A stretch of 63,810 nucleotides of DNA, the filler included, from Sphacelaria rigidula (taxonomy: Eukaryota), in the NCBI GenBank assembly GCA_964200075.2. It is 5 parts of 5 records of this genome, joined end to end, with 100 filler letters (N's around TTAATTAATTAA, not from the genome) between each part and the next. Parts side by side here need not be neighbours in the genome. Positions count along the whole stretch, not along the records: positions 12,784 to 25,465 come from CAXNAA020003505.1; 4 more parts are not named here. One strand, given 5' to 3'. The position numbers and the translations under genes are program-made. Numbering within the stretch: position 1 is the first letter of the stretch; every line of letters begins with the position of its first letter. Under the pieces are notes generated by a model. The model ran no database searches. It had not been told where the DNA came from and worked only from the letters and a program-made list of their open reading frames with translations. This document shows, piece by piece, positions 12,991-25,565 of this stretch.

Positions 12991-13799
12991 ACTCGACGTT
13001 GCGCAAGTACACTTTCCACATACTACATGGTGTTCGTATTGTCTGTTGAAATCTTTTGTCCACGGTTGGGTACATTTTCCATATGTAATACAGGGGCAAC
13101 ATCTGCGCGAATTGCAGGTGAGGCAATCGCCGAAATATTCACCTGCAAGCTCTGCTCCTGTGTACTGTAAGCTGATCTCGCTAGAAGTACACTACCATAA
13201 CCACCTTGCCGGCTGCCAGACTGTCACAGACTGTCAGGACGTAGGATCCGCTAGCATTGCTCCTGCCTGTACGAGGGTGTTGCCCTCTTGTCAGGTACGT
13301 TTTGGAGCATGATACTCAATGTAGATCATTCTTGTATATGGGCACCAAACGCTGGGGTTCTCAGTCAAGACTTCGATTTGGAGGATCATACTAGGTAGGC
13401 AGCGGCAACTTCTGTGTGTTCAGGTGCCCCTTGGAGCAGGATACGTTTGGTGTCCGTTTGACGAGGTTATCCCCAAAAAACCGAAATCGATGAGGGTTCT
13501 AGACTGGAAAAATCTAGCAAAACAAATATCGCAGGAACCACGACGCAAAAACCTCTTTGTCAAAGTTTTACACGCAGCAGAAACCAACTTCACTTCGTGA
13601 AATTGGAAAAGAGACTGTTTGATTAGTTTTGGCCAAGTGAAGAGCCCCCCAAAATCATTTGTCTTTTCGATATACTGGTGGAGAAGCAAGTAGTCTAAAA
13701 CCACGGTGCAACCTCTGCCATATACTATACTACTGTCTGCGCGACGGTAGTCGGTCTGTCTCAAGGATAGTACCACACAACACGAGCCAATATTCAAAC

Positions 13800-13975
13800 A
13801 TTCTACACCACGCACACTGTGACCTAACTCGACCGCCATAATGATATCGCTGAAAGAACGCAAGCGAGAAAAAAAAAAGGCAACCTGGTTGCCTAGCTTA
13901 CGTAATGAGTGGCGTGTTACACAGCGTCGTTGCCAACCAACGCGAACCCTAAACGGGGTGACCGAGGGGTGGGGG
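13800..13975 (-). mobile_element. SINE-like family A, 5' head fragment
   Basis: Minus strand ggttggcaacgacgctg..cactcattacgtaagctaggcaaccaggttgcc + T-run matches heads at ~18460-18540 and ~50690-50770; preceded by a C-run. Confidence 0.75.
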
Positions 13976-15074
13976 GGGGGACTGAACTCAGGTTTTTTCT
14001 CTGGAATAACACAACCATGCACCGGGTCACAGCGTTTGTTCCCCGTGAGAAAGTCACACAAGCCACTACTGCTATGAAAATTATAAATTAAAATGAATAT
14101 ACTACACGGTCTCAAGGGCAACGCACACACACATATATATACATGGAGGTACATATGACACAGCCTCAAGGGCGACTCTCTTTCTTACAATCACAACACG
14201 TCGAACATGCGACCCCATCTAGCTTCAAGTACCAAGTGAGAAGCACGTGCGCCGCCTGACACCACCAGTACACACACGCCGTGCTTTTCAGCGGACGGGT
14301 GATGCAAGGCTACGATATCTCCGCATAACCAGGGCAAACTACGGAGCAGAGTCGGCATTGAGTCGCTCTGAGCAAGACTACGCACAAGTCAGCTCAACCT
14401 CGCCGGTTCGGGATGCTGTACACACCACACCTCTCACGGCATCCGACTGCAACACTGTCCCACCGAAAGCAACCCTTCGGATTGCTGTTCAAACCACCAC
14501 AAACGGAGTGCTGCAGGTGATCGATCCTTCTTTCTTCATCAGATCTGGCACGACTTTCCACTCTTCCGAACTCTTGACCTGAATACGGCGCTATGATGTC
14601 TACCCAACCCCCAAGGTTGCAGTCCAAGCTCATGGGAACAATTTGTCACGATTTCTCATCAAAATTCGATAACAAGTGGAAACGTAAGACTAATCCACAA
14701 CTTCTTGGTCGATGAGCGCTTACAAACATAACGGACCAATGTTGACGTACTGCAAGAATTAGACATACACAACACGAAGCATGACGGACCAACGAGTAAG
14801 AGCTTCAATTTTCGTTCGCGGATGTACTGACTATTTGTCCTGCGGTGCGTTAACTGCAAAATCGGCCCCAAAAGCATGTTAGCTCGATCCAGTGTTCCTA
14901 TCGCCTATCCTGCGTCTTTGCGCAAAAAAGTGGAATTGCTATAGCAGACACAACAACCACGTTCAAGGACAGAACTACTGCACAAGACAACTGTACAGCA
15001 TGCTGCACACCGTCATTGTACAAGCACCCAACTGAGAAATATTCCCGAGACATACTACCCGCGTGTCAAACCCA

Positions 15075-18000
15075 TCAGTTGCCCAGGGCCCATGTCCCTG
15101 CTTCTTTCATGTGCTGTATCCTCATTTGCGGGTTGCCCCAGTTGTGGCAGTGACCTAGTACAGTCTCCTCGGTTATGGGCACATCTTTGCAATATCTCGT
15201 GTAAGTACTGTGCGGAAGGTACGTCACCCTGAACGTTCCTGGAAGGGCAGATAGAACTCCCCGCCCTGGGGCCGTGCTCTCCTGAGAACGCACACACGAG
15301 TAGACATGTGAACGTCGAGCACGATGCGGTGAAGCGATGCATGCGAGAATTACCGGAAGGGCACGCGGAACATTGACGATGTAGGATGTAGACCATGACA
15401 ATGTTTGATGAGTGAAAAACAGCTAGTACTATGTGAATACAGGCCACCCTCTTTGATGTGGCGTATATGATGTTTAACGTGATGCACTGTACGCACCCAG
15501 TTAAAGAGGGTGTTTTGCCACTGAAAACGTCATTTTCTGGTTTTCCTGCAGTTGTGGGATCTACTCCTTTCTTACTTTCACCTTTCCCCACTCTATATTC
15601 ACTCATATTTTTTGCAGCAAGATTTGTTCTTGAGCTGATATACTCATACCTTATTCGGGTTGTTAGCCTCTGACCGTGGAAGGCGTCCACATCAAATGCT
15701 CAGCACGGAATAAGGAAGTACTGCGCAGATTTCGAATAGATTTTCCAAGACAGAAACAACAAGGACAGCAATGATAATAACAGCCTCCTTTTGTTCACAC
15801 TATGTACCCTCATGTTCTACTTACGATTGAAACTCGTATGGTGGACCAGGTAACCGGAGAAGATCGATCGACTCGTGCGATAAATCTCGGCGATGTCCGT
15901 GTGAGGAGGCATGCTCTCCTCTTGTGACTGAAATCAACCACTGCAGTTGGGGGAACTAAAGAACTGGTGCATGGCGGTGCATAGCCTCAAAGGATACGCG
16001 CTACTGTACTGATTGACTGAGTACTCATGTAGATCCACCATCTCTAGTCAGATACTGCCCCTGAACTTAATTGTGGTGAATACCAAGTCGGTGCACCGGC
16101 AAACCATATACGCCACTTTGGCCCCAAGTGTTGGTCATCGTTGAAGTCGCATCATACTCACACGAACACTAAATAATGAAGACTCAGATGGCTCAGTCTG
16201 ACAGTCAATATCTCAGGGAACGGTGCGGTGTCTATCCACACCATTCGGACTTTCATCCCCGAAGTGTGTAAATGTCAAATGGAATACATTTCTACAGCAT
16301 GCAAAAGTATTTTTCACACTAGTGTACAGCGGATGACACATCCTCATCACAGTAATGCTACTGTGTTGTTGGTGCTGGACCTGCACACCGGATCAGAAGG
16401 TCGTGAACTCGAATCCGGCCTCGATCACCACACAAAAATGAAGATGAAGTCGCACGAGTCGAGGAGAAGAAACGATGATGGGGTCCTTGCATCTTCGGTA
16501 TCGTGCACGACCGTACGTGAACGGAGATTCAGAAAATTTCATACGTCGGACGAGCACGAGTATGAATCGTGGCACTCGCACTGGCTGGGCTGCTCGTTGG
16601 CCATAAAAATGAATAGGGCGAGTACTCGAGTCATCGCTCGAGGTGGAAAAAAATAACATGCCGAGCACTCGAGTCATTGCTCGTTGTGAAAAAAATGAAT
16701 AGGGCGAGCACTCGAGTCATTGCTCATCATGAATGACTCGAGTGGAGGAGTCAGCGGTCTGACGAGCAAATAATTCCAGTGAGCTCTTCGACAATTTTGA
16801 ACCTAGAATTTTCAATTTCATACGCATATCTGCACATATACAAGCGTCACGCTCCAAAGCTCGTTTTCATGTTATCCAATCCCCCCCCCCCCCCACACAC
16901 ACACAGATCAGAGTTCTACTGAAGGAGCGGAGAGTGTCTCTCGAGTAGTACATTCATTGGGCAAGCACACGAGTCATTCATTGCTCGTTGTGAAAAACTT
17001 AGAATGACTATTATAGAGCACAAGAGTCATTGCTCGTCGTGAAAAAAAATTATGGCTCGAGCACACGAGTCATAATCATTGTGTTTTCAAAGACATCTAC
17101 GAGTGCACTCGTTTCGACGAATATTGACTCGTCCGACGTGTCGAACTGTTGTCTAGTTTTGAAGGAGGCGAACAACTGAAAACACATTGTATGTAGTTTA
17201 ACAAACCGTACCCCAATTGTCAAACGTGTTTCGTAACACCGGAACATGATCGAGCAATCATGCCCATCTAACTATTTTACGATACCCGAGGGGGTACTGG
17301 TGTTGATTCCCACGCTTCGAACGAAGGATGCCAAAGTATCTCCAGGTTGAGGACAATAATGAGCATGCACGAGTCGGCAGCTTCTCCCTCGAGGTGAACG
17401 TCACAGGCTTTCAAAGGTCAGGTGATCACAGTTCACATCATACTGCTGCCATACCTTTCGGGGCCCTACCATATTCTTGGAGGGTCATGAGGTACGTGTC
17501 GGGGGGTTGTTTCCGTCAGATTAGCTCCTCTCCTTCCCCAAAACGAGCTTGTCTCAAGGGATTGGTCACTCTTTTCCCAGGTACATGCATGACTGACGTT
17601 TTGGAATCGCAGGTTGAATATGACTAGCGTTACGGCATCATATCGATTCAAAATCACATATTTTTCTTTATAATCCGCGTCCTTAAGCTAGCAACGACGG
17701 AAACATATTTCTGCTGGGAAAAAAGAAAGTGTCGGAATCGCGTCAACGAAGCAAACAAGAAGAGGAATCTTGAAAACGACGGAGAAAAAGACGATAGGGG
17801 GCCAAAAACCCTACCCAAAGTGTGGCTTTGAAAAAAATGAAACACAGACGATTCATCGAGAGATGCACACAACAGTATATACATACATACCTTGAATCGC
17901 ATGTCGCTTATCGCCATGTTGTAGTAGTATACTGGCTGGAGACTAGCGATCGCCTTATTAATTGCAATCTGATCCATGGTCCATCACCGCGACGAAGCAA

Positions 18001-21000
18001 GGCGGGCGGGCGGCGGCGGTGGGGGGAGGGCGGTGGGGCGGGGTACTCATGATCTTGCATGCCGTAGTCATTAGACAATGGACCTCGCAACCCTACGAAG
18101 CCGGAAGGGGAGCACGCCGGGTTTTCGCCGGACCAGGCTCGTAGTCACCCACCAAGCGCGCCGCAATGTGCTCGGCGACTCGCATGAGGGGTGAGCTGCA
18201 TCCTGCTCAGATTGCTCGCCCCAAGGCCTACTAATTATCTTCCATACGGATGACAGCCTCCATTGAGTCGCTCTAGTTTCTGGTATCGCCACTTCCAGAG
18301 AAGGCCACCGGTTCCACACTGCCTCGTGGGTGTCTCACCGTATAAGCACTACACATTACGATCATCCACTTTGCGCGGAGGGCGGGCTCTCCACCCCCCA
18401 CAATATGATCTAGCTCGACCACCATCGTCGTTGCCGCAAAACGAATGATAGCGAAAAAAAAGGTAGCCTGGTTGCCGAGCTTTCGCAGTGAGTTGCACGT
18501 TTTACAGCGACGTTGACAACCGTTGCCAATCCTCAAGAGAGGAGGGGGGGGGGGGGGGGGGGCGCCGCAAACGCAACAGCAGCCGCAGCAGTTGTATAAA
18601 ACCGCACCCGCCGTTCAACCNNNNNNNNNNTCTTTTTTGTGGTTGCGACAGTGGTATTAGCACGCTGTCCAAGGGGGGGGGGGGGGGGGGGGGGGGGGGA
18701 TCCGTTTCATTAAGGCAAGCCGCATGAATTTTGACAAAATCTCCTCCGCTCATATTGACCCTTCGACCGCCAGGGTAGGTTAACTGTGGAGTGGGGAATC
18801 ATATTATCACTCGAAGAAATGGCGCAAGACCCGGATAACGCATCCTGACGGTCATATTTACCGCAAGGGCGGCTTGTGCGGGGCTCACCCACTTTCAAAG
18901 TGAAAATAATGCTGGTTCAGCACCCACCCTGGCCGTCAAAATGTTGGTGTCAAGGAGCGATGATCCTAAGTTAGTTTCACCGATGATCCGCTCAGGGGGT
19001 CGGAGGGCTAACGCTTTGCATGAAAGGGCGGGTCAACTGTTTTATCTGCATTTATTCTCCCTCGAAAAATGACCCAGATGACCCACCCTGGTGGTCGAAG
19101 AGTGACATTTCATGGGTACGAAGCCTTTACGGATCTTCCTTTGCAAGGCAAGGTCATTTACGCACCACAACCAAGCATCACAATTCTCACGAATAGGTCA
19201 CCAAATATTCATGGTCGATACGCTGTGTCTTCAGGGGGCTGATGACGGCAAGCGTTCCCCCAGCATGGACGGCACCCGTTTTCGCTTCAAATTGACGCCG
19301 AAGGCGCCGACTTGAGCCCTGCCAGCGGACACTTCGTCTAGAGCACCCTGTGTCCCTCCCTTATCCGAATAAGGTCGTTCCGCCTCGGGGTGGGATTTGA
19401 GATAAGGTTATGGATTGCCTTTGTGGCTGAACCAAACTCAAGTCTCAACGACTTTACGAGCACAAACGTGTGGGAAAGGACGTGCGTGAACCCAGGTCAA
19501 ACCAGACCCCAGAAAACGGTTGGTCACAGCGCCTTGCAGCATTTCGTCGGGCAGAATCGTGTGATTCTTTCAAGGATGGCGTAGGGCACACTTCCAGTCA
19601 TATACGCTTGCGGCGAGTGACTCGTTCCGCGCTTGTTGGTTAGGATTCGTCAGGCCTGCAACGGTAAAAACATCGTGTGCGTGTACCCTTTGAACATCAG
19701 TACAGCCGAGTGACAGGCAATAGCAGTGCTTCCCTCAGCGAGGTTCTGCCATATGGACGCTGTGTAGTTGGGTGGTAATTTGTGCTTTTGGCGGTGTATG
19801 TCTATGGTGCCGTGAACACGGGATTTTTGCAGTCACGCTAGATTCTCAGCCACATGTCCAGAGATCAGCCGCAATCAGCACTGCTGCAGTTGCTGCATTT
19901 ACTGCATATACTCCATGTAAAGCCTTCAGCTCGATCATTCGTGAGCGCCGAAGGTTGATCGATTTGTGCCCTACTATAGTACCAGGAAAACGAGTGATCA
20001 AGGATCATGTTGGTTCTACCATAGCTTCCGAATCACTCCAACACCCCCGATACAACCTCCTCCGGAAGACGTACTCCACGAGACTGTCAACAAAAAAACA
20101 CTGCACGGAAAGTAGAGAAGAGGTTGACTTGAGGGGGGATGGCGTCTCTATGTTAGCTCTTTCGTTTGAACACGCCGACCATTTGTTCCCTCTTGCTCAC
20201 ACCCAAGTGTTTCGTACGTGAAGTTGGTGCGCACGTGAAGATACAAATATGACGTGGTATGGCCATGGCGTTTCTATCCACTACTGTAGACATGCTGAGA
20301 AAATGACGGCGCCGCAGGCGACAACTAAAAAGTGTCCAGACATGACGAGAATTGGAACATGCATGTCATCATCGCCCTCTGACAACACCCACATATATCA
20401 TGGCTTCTGGGGATTGAAAAGATATCGACTTCCATCAAAAAGCGCATCAAATGGAAGACAAGCACTCGTGTATTACACGTCAATACCCAATAAATTGAGT
20501 ACAAAACGTTGACTGATTCACTGACCGTTTTGCACGACTTCACCCCACGGCAAGTCCAGTCGGTAATTAGCCATGGGAATCACGGCATGGCGCAGCAGCA
20601 GTGTAGTCAGCGGTACCATCGAGCGCGTGGATGGTGAAACTACTATCAAGTCGGTCCACCAGACGGGGGCAGTATATATCGAGGGAAAAAATGTGTAGCA
20701 AAATTTCACCGTGGCCGGTCGTATAAGATGCCTGCGTACATCGGATACACTGCCTCCCACAGGTTCACAGGCTCCACTTTATGTGCCCAACACCCCTGAA
20801 AATGTGCTACTGGGAGAAATAAAATCCACATGCGGCGAAACATCACTGAACAGACGTCCACCCTTCTCCCCCACCCCGCCAACTCGTATTGCTCGCTTGT
20901 ACAAGCGGCTGAGTTCAACACTACCCGAGGAGATCCGTTCACAAAATCTTCTCTCAAACTGCTGCAGCGCACGCCAGCGATTGGTGGTCTAATTGGAACG

Positions 21001-22083
21001 ATATGTCACCAGGCACCCCCCAAGAGCAAGGATATCGTTTGGATCCTCGTAAAAAGGCACTGTTTGGGGGAGTGCAACATCTCAAGTTTGACACCCATGA
21101 CACGCATCACGCGGGGGTAGGGGGTAGGGGGAAGGGGTGCCGTCATTTTTTGTATCAATCTGTACTCCCGTCCTCACGTTTGTACTTTCGCTTGGGAAGT
21201 ACCCAGATACACAGAAAGATGTCTTTACACGTAGTGCATATACTGGCACAGGACCAAATCGTCACCTGAAAGACATCCAATCGGTCTGCTACCGGAAAAA
21301 ACAGAGGTCGCAAACTAGAGGCTCAAGCTGGGGTTTCAAACGGTGTGTATGATAACGTCGGTCAGGTAAGAACTCTAGTAAATACAGCATGCAACCTACC
21401 AGTGAATGATCAGCCGTATCACTCAATAAACCCCCACCCCCTCCCCCCGCCGACGCCGATGCGGCCAAATAATCTCGACCCAATCAAGCCGTTCACATGA
21501 CTGCGCAGGTGTCCAGTTACTACGCGCCCATCCATGCCGGGATAAAACGTTTGGTGTCTGATCTTCATGCGCTGATTGCTTTCGCGTTACGTACTCTTGA
21601 GAGCTTCGCAGTGTAAAGGACCTACCAACCATTTGATCTCCCACGTGTCAATGTATGTCTATCCGCCCATCCCACAACGCTTTCACGTGACCACTCGGCT
21701 TTCATGTACCAACACTCCTGCAGTAAAGATCCCCCACCACGCCACAGTCGAAGGCCTCGAGCGCGTATCCCGTGTAACCACACAAAGCACCCCGCGAGGC
21801 GACACTGTAGTTCTCCCACCTGGTCGTCCTCAGCTTCCACCATAAACTCGTGAATGGTGCTCTGAAACTTCGCCATGCCTTCCCCTCCGGCGCGGAATAA
21901 GATGAATCCCATGCACATCGTCACGTGAAAGACAGGGTCACCCAGCTTGGCCGGCCAAGGCGCCCTCGACCCGATAACGTCTCCCTCCAGCAGACTGAGC
22001 TCTTTTATCGGATCTTTGAGCCATACAGCATCGTTGTCGGACAAGACCACGTCTCTTCCAGATTCCACCAAGCAGCGCATCGC
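15075..22083 (-). CDS. Nucleotide-diphospho-sugar transferase (GT77-like glycosyltransferase), last three exons
   Basis: Exons 22083-21820, 17968-17891, 15281-15075 (stop), all phase 0 and GT-AG. Peptide AMRCLVESGRDVVLSDNDAVWLKDP..MCMGFILFR..EDDQ|IAINKA..DMRFK|ESTAPG..TYLPHSTYTRYC..VLGHCHN..MKEAGTW contains the family DxD, GF, DQ and C-terminal H/W motifs. The 5' exons were not resolved. Confidence 0.88.
16540..17140. repeat. Degenerate TIR element with an array of short subterminal-type motifs
   Basis: Inverted acgtcggacgag / ctcgtccgacgt at the ends; at least six copies of (ct/ca)cgagtcattgctc between them. Confidence 0.6.
18040..18545 (-). mobile_element. SINE-like family A, near full-length copy (~500 nt)
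   Basis: Contains head, body and tail (gactacggcatgcaagatcatgagtac). G-runs on the plus strand flank both ends. Confidence 0.85.
18621..18630. other. Intra-scaffold gap (10 N)
   Basis: Lies between two long G-runs; distinct from the 100-nt spacers. Confidence 0.9.
18755..19640 (-). mobile_element. Decayed piggyBac-like DNA transposon remnant (TIR-like ends plus transposase C-terminus)
   Basis: TIR-like acccttcgaccgccagggt and acccaccctgg..gtc.aa; minus-strand peptide remnants PTVFWGLV, GCRPCW..KT and NCDAWL resemble the piggyBac catalytic-end and Cys-rich domain. Similar ends occur at ~23757, ~23843, ~24007 and ~41740. Confidence 0.45.
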
Positions 22084-22474
22084 CTGGTGATCCACCAGAC
22101 GAAACACGGACACATCAGGCATGCCTGTACCTACATATCCTCGTATATTCATATTGATTTTGGGGCAGAAGAAAAAGATCGGTACATCACCACCTATTCA
22201 GCCCAAAAGTAGCTACAGGTAAACGCGCAAGTTGGATCTATCTGTGCTAGGCAGTAACCACTCAAACATCGAATCCCGACGCGAAAGTAAGGCGCCCACA
22301 GCCCACACAGAGCTTTTACACCAACTTTCGCGAGAAAAGAGCGCAATATAGGGCCGAACAGCTCAGCGGGAAACAAGAACCTCCCAGAGTACCCTATTTT
22401 TTCCGATGATGGGGTAGGTGAACCCAAAAAAAACATGAAGTTCATCTTGTACCCTATTTCGTCGTATTCTGTCT

Positions 22475-23012
22475 CCCATAAGGTCCAAAATGTACCTGTC
22501 TGTGACCACCATCGGCCTTCCACAGCCGCTGCCCAACCCATCGCACGGTACAGAATTGAATGGCCGAAGAACATGTCCACCGCTTATTTTCATCGCTTTC
22601 TATGGCCTGGAGGCTCGAGACTCCGCCGTCGGTGATTTCAGCCATCTTCCGGAGTGATCGATGCACCCCACGACCTTGGGGCGTGTGCACGCTCGAACGG
22701 CCCAACAACTTGAGAATACGGAACACAGCGCAGACAGCACAACAACTTGCTCCGTATTCCGTGACTTGCCGTGCCGTTCGAGCATGCACACGCCTAAAGG
22801 TCGGAGGGTGGGTCCACTTCGCAGGGGTCTCGCTTGTTTGGGGGTGGAAATCACCGACGGCAGGGTCTTGAGCCTCCAGGCCGTAGTAAGAGATGAAAAG
22901 AAGAGGTGAAAATGCTCCTTATCCATTCAATGTTGTGTCGTGCGGTGGGTCGGACAGCGGTTGTGGAAGGCCGATAGCGGTCCAAGAGGGGTACATTTTG
23001 ACACTCTTACGG
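22475..23012. mobile_element. Palindromic (foldback) MITE-like element, ~540 nt
   Basis: Arms are reverse complements along their length (caaaatgtacc/ggtacattttg, atcggccttccaca/tgtggaaggccgat, ggcctggaggctc/gagcctccaggcc, gctcgaacggc/gccgttcgagc) around a short loop near 22730-22750. Confidence 0.85.
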
Positions 23013-23244
23013 ACCCCTGATCACTTGTACGATACCCCCACCCCTAAAACCAGCCCAAAAGTATCACGAAAAAATTGGTCACAAAGCGCCTGATGTTTGG
23101 GTTCAGGCTGCATGAAGCGCCCCATACGGGCGAAATTGGGGAACCCGAACTGAAGCGTGGGAATTCCGAGTGCTCGTTGTGCTCGACGTTTCCCGTTTCG
23201 ATTCACGTGAAAATTTTGCCTCCCCAAACCAGGATTCTTTTTTC

Positions 23245-23450
23245 TTTGGGGGGGGTGGGGGGTGGGGGCGTACTCATTTGTTGCTTGCCTTAGTCGTTTG
23301 ACCATTGAACACGCATCCCTTTCGAGACGGAGCATGTGGGGGGGAGGGGAGGGGGGTACTCATTCGTTGCTTGCCTTAGTCATTCGATCATTGACTGCGC
23401 ATTCCTTTCACGACGGGGCACCGTTCCCGCTCGTATTGTAATAGAGACAC
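23245..23450 (-). mobile_element. Two tandem isolated LINE 3' tails, each ending in a C-run
   Basis: Plus strand G-run + gtactcatt.gttgcttgccttagtc.tt.ga.cattga occurs twice; reverse complement of the tail at ~8100-8175. Confidence 0.8.
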
Positions 23451-23809
23451 CTTTGTTAATCGGGCCCACATGTTGACTTTTTACTTTCTTTCACTTATTA
23501 CGTATTAGTGTACTATGTCGTTCTGTTCTACATTTTTTCTGTCCCTTCTTTTCCTTCAGCGAGTGTTTCAGTCTTGTTTTTTCTTGGGTACGTACGTCTA
23601 TCATGTGACCACGGCTGGATCATGACCCCTGGGGGATCAGTCAAAGTGCGACAACCAATCATCAATCAATCAAACAACATGACGTTTCTTCCAGACATTA
23701 CACAAAAAGCTTTCACATATCTTACCGGCGGGGCGGGGGGAGGGGGGATGTGTTGCTTAACCCTCTGACTACTCCTCCAGGGGTGGACGAGCTGGGTATC
23801 AGCCATTTT

Positions 23810-24125
23810 AATTAATAATAAAAAAAAAACGATGCAATGGATAACCCACCCTGGCGGTGACGGGGTAAAAGACCCAGTACATTTTTCAGGACTGTTTCCG
23901 ACGTATAAACATTTTACGAAATTAAATTTTCGGGATTTCAGCTCGAGGAAGTTTACCTCTCATGCCGAATAATTTAAATAAATAAAAAAAAACGATGCAA
24001 CGGATGACCCACCCTGGCGGTGACGGGGTAAAAGATCCAGTACATTTTTCAGGACTGTTTCCGACGTACAAACATTTTACGAAATTAAGTTTTCGGTACT
24101 TCAGCTCGAGGAAGTTTACCTCTCC
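23810..24125. repeat. Tandem duplication of a 163-nt unit containing a piggyBac-like end
   Basis: cgatgcaa..acccaccctggcggtgacggggtaaaaga..gctcgaggaagtttacctctc at ~23830 and ~23993. Confidence 0.85.
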
Positions 24126-25121
24126 CGTCGAATAATCCAACACAGTAAACAGCATGGGCCGCTCCAACACTCCTATAGAGAGTTTCGTAAAATATTTTCT
24201 CGTCATTTCAGAGTGCAAATATCTCATGATCAGGGTGTAACGAAAAAACATTATTCCTCCCTCCGTCAAATGTGTCATCCCCTCAATTTTTTTCAAATAT
24301 ATATATATATTTATCCTGCACTCTGATCCTGGGATGTTTGCACTCTGAAATGACAAAAAAGGCGTTTTCCGAAACTCTCTACTACCGCGGGGTTATCTTC
24401 GGTCTTTTCACTTCGGAGTAGTGCTACGTTAGGGGTGCACAACGAAAATCCTGATATTCGATTTTTTTTTACAAGCCCTCTATCTCATCCAAAAACCGAT
24501 TTATGAAATATGTGAGAGCACGCCGCGACTAGCATTCCAATGAGCCAGGGATATCCCGAACGTATTTGAACACGGGAATGTCCTGACCCACCTTCTGGTG
24601 TATCTCTGAACTTCAGGAGCCTCTGAATGAGAACGATTTGGGCCTGGATGTGCAATATCTACCGTAGGATGTATGACTCTTCGATTTTCCGCCGCAAGCA
24701 AGTCGACGGTATGCAGGAATAGCCATTCCCCAGGGCTAAAATCTTGGGCGGGTACCGGGAAATGAGGTGGGTGGGTGCCTTGGGGTAACGGGCTCGTCCG
24801 GAGGAAGGGGAGGAACACACGAAAGTGTGTATGACGAAAAAAATAACGAGAAAAAAACAAGAAGAAAAAAAACAAGAAAAAAACAAGAAAAAACAAGAAA
24901 ATAGAATGAGAAAAAAAAAACGATGTTCATTTTTACGTCTTTTGTCGTCAGAAAAAATATTTACATGAAAAGGAAAACTGGAGGACGGGGAGGGACAACA
25001 ACAAAAAATACGGGTACTAAAAAAAAGAAGGAGAAAAACGAGTTAATATGAACCTGTCCGGTATTTGCAGCAGAGCACCCGCCCCATGCGCTCAGAAAAC
25101 CATCACATGAGAAGGGGAGGC

Positions 25122-25465
25122 GAAGTGTATTCATGACCTTGCATGCCGGAGACATAACCATTGACCTCGCGCCCCTACAAAGCCGGGACGGAGCACGCCG
25201 GGTTTTTGCCGGACCAGCCTCGCAATCAATCACCACGCACGAAGCGCCGTGATGTGTTCGCCGAGTCGCATGAAGGGTGAGCTGCATCCTGCTAAGGTTG
25301 ATCGGCCCGAAGCCTACTGATTACCTTGCATATGGATGACAGCCTACAGTGAGTTGCTTTATTATCTGGTGCCGCTACTTCCAGAGACAGTCACGGCTTC
25401 TACACTGCCTCATGGGTGTCTCTCCATTTAAACACTACGTGATACGATCATCCCCATTGTGCGGA
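25122..25465 (-). mobile_element. SINE-like family A copy, cut by contig end
   Basis: Matches 18040-18380 along its length. Confidence 0.85.
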
Positions 25466-25565
25466 NNNNNNNNNNNNNNNNNNNNNNNNNNNNNNNNNNN
25501 NNNNNNNNNTTAATTAATTAANNNNNNNNNNNNNNNNNNNNNNNNNNNNNNNNNNNNNNNNNNNN
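25466..25565. other. Artificial contig spacer
   Basis: N44-TTAATTAATTAA-N44. Confidence 0.97.

Noticed and set aside
13420-14169. 249-aa minus-strand ORF
   Set aside because: Runs through a family A repeat head and homopolymer tracts; no recognisable domain.
16600-17080. Short repeats with variable spacers resembling CRISPR
   Set aside because: Repeats are short, degenerate and irregularly spaced, and the spacers resemble one another; better explained as transposon subterminal motifs.
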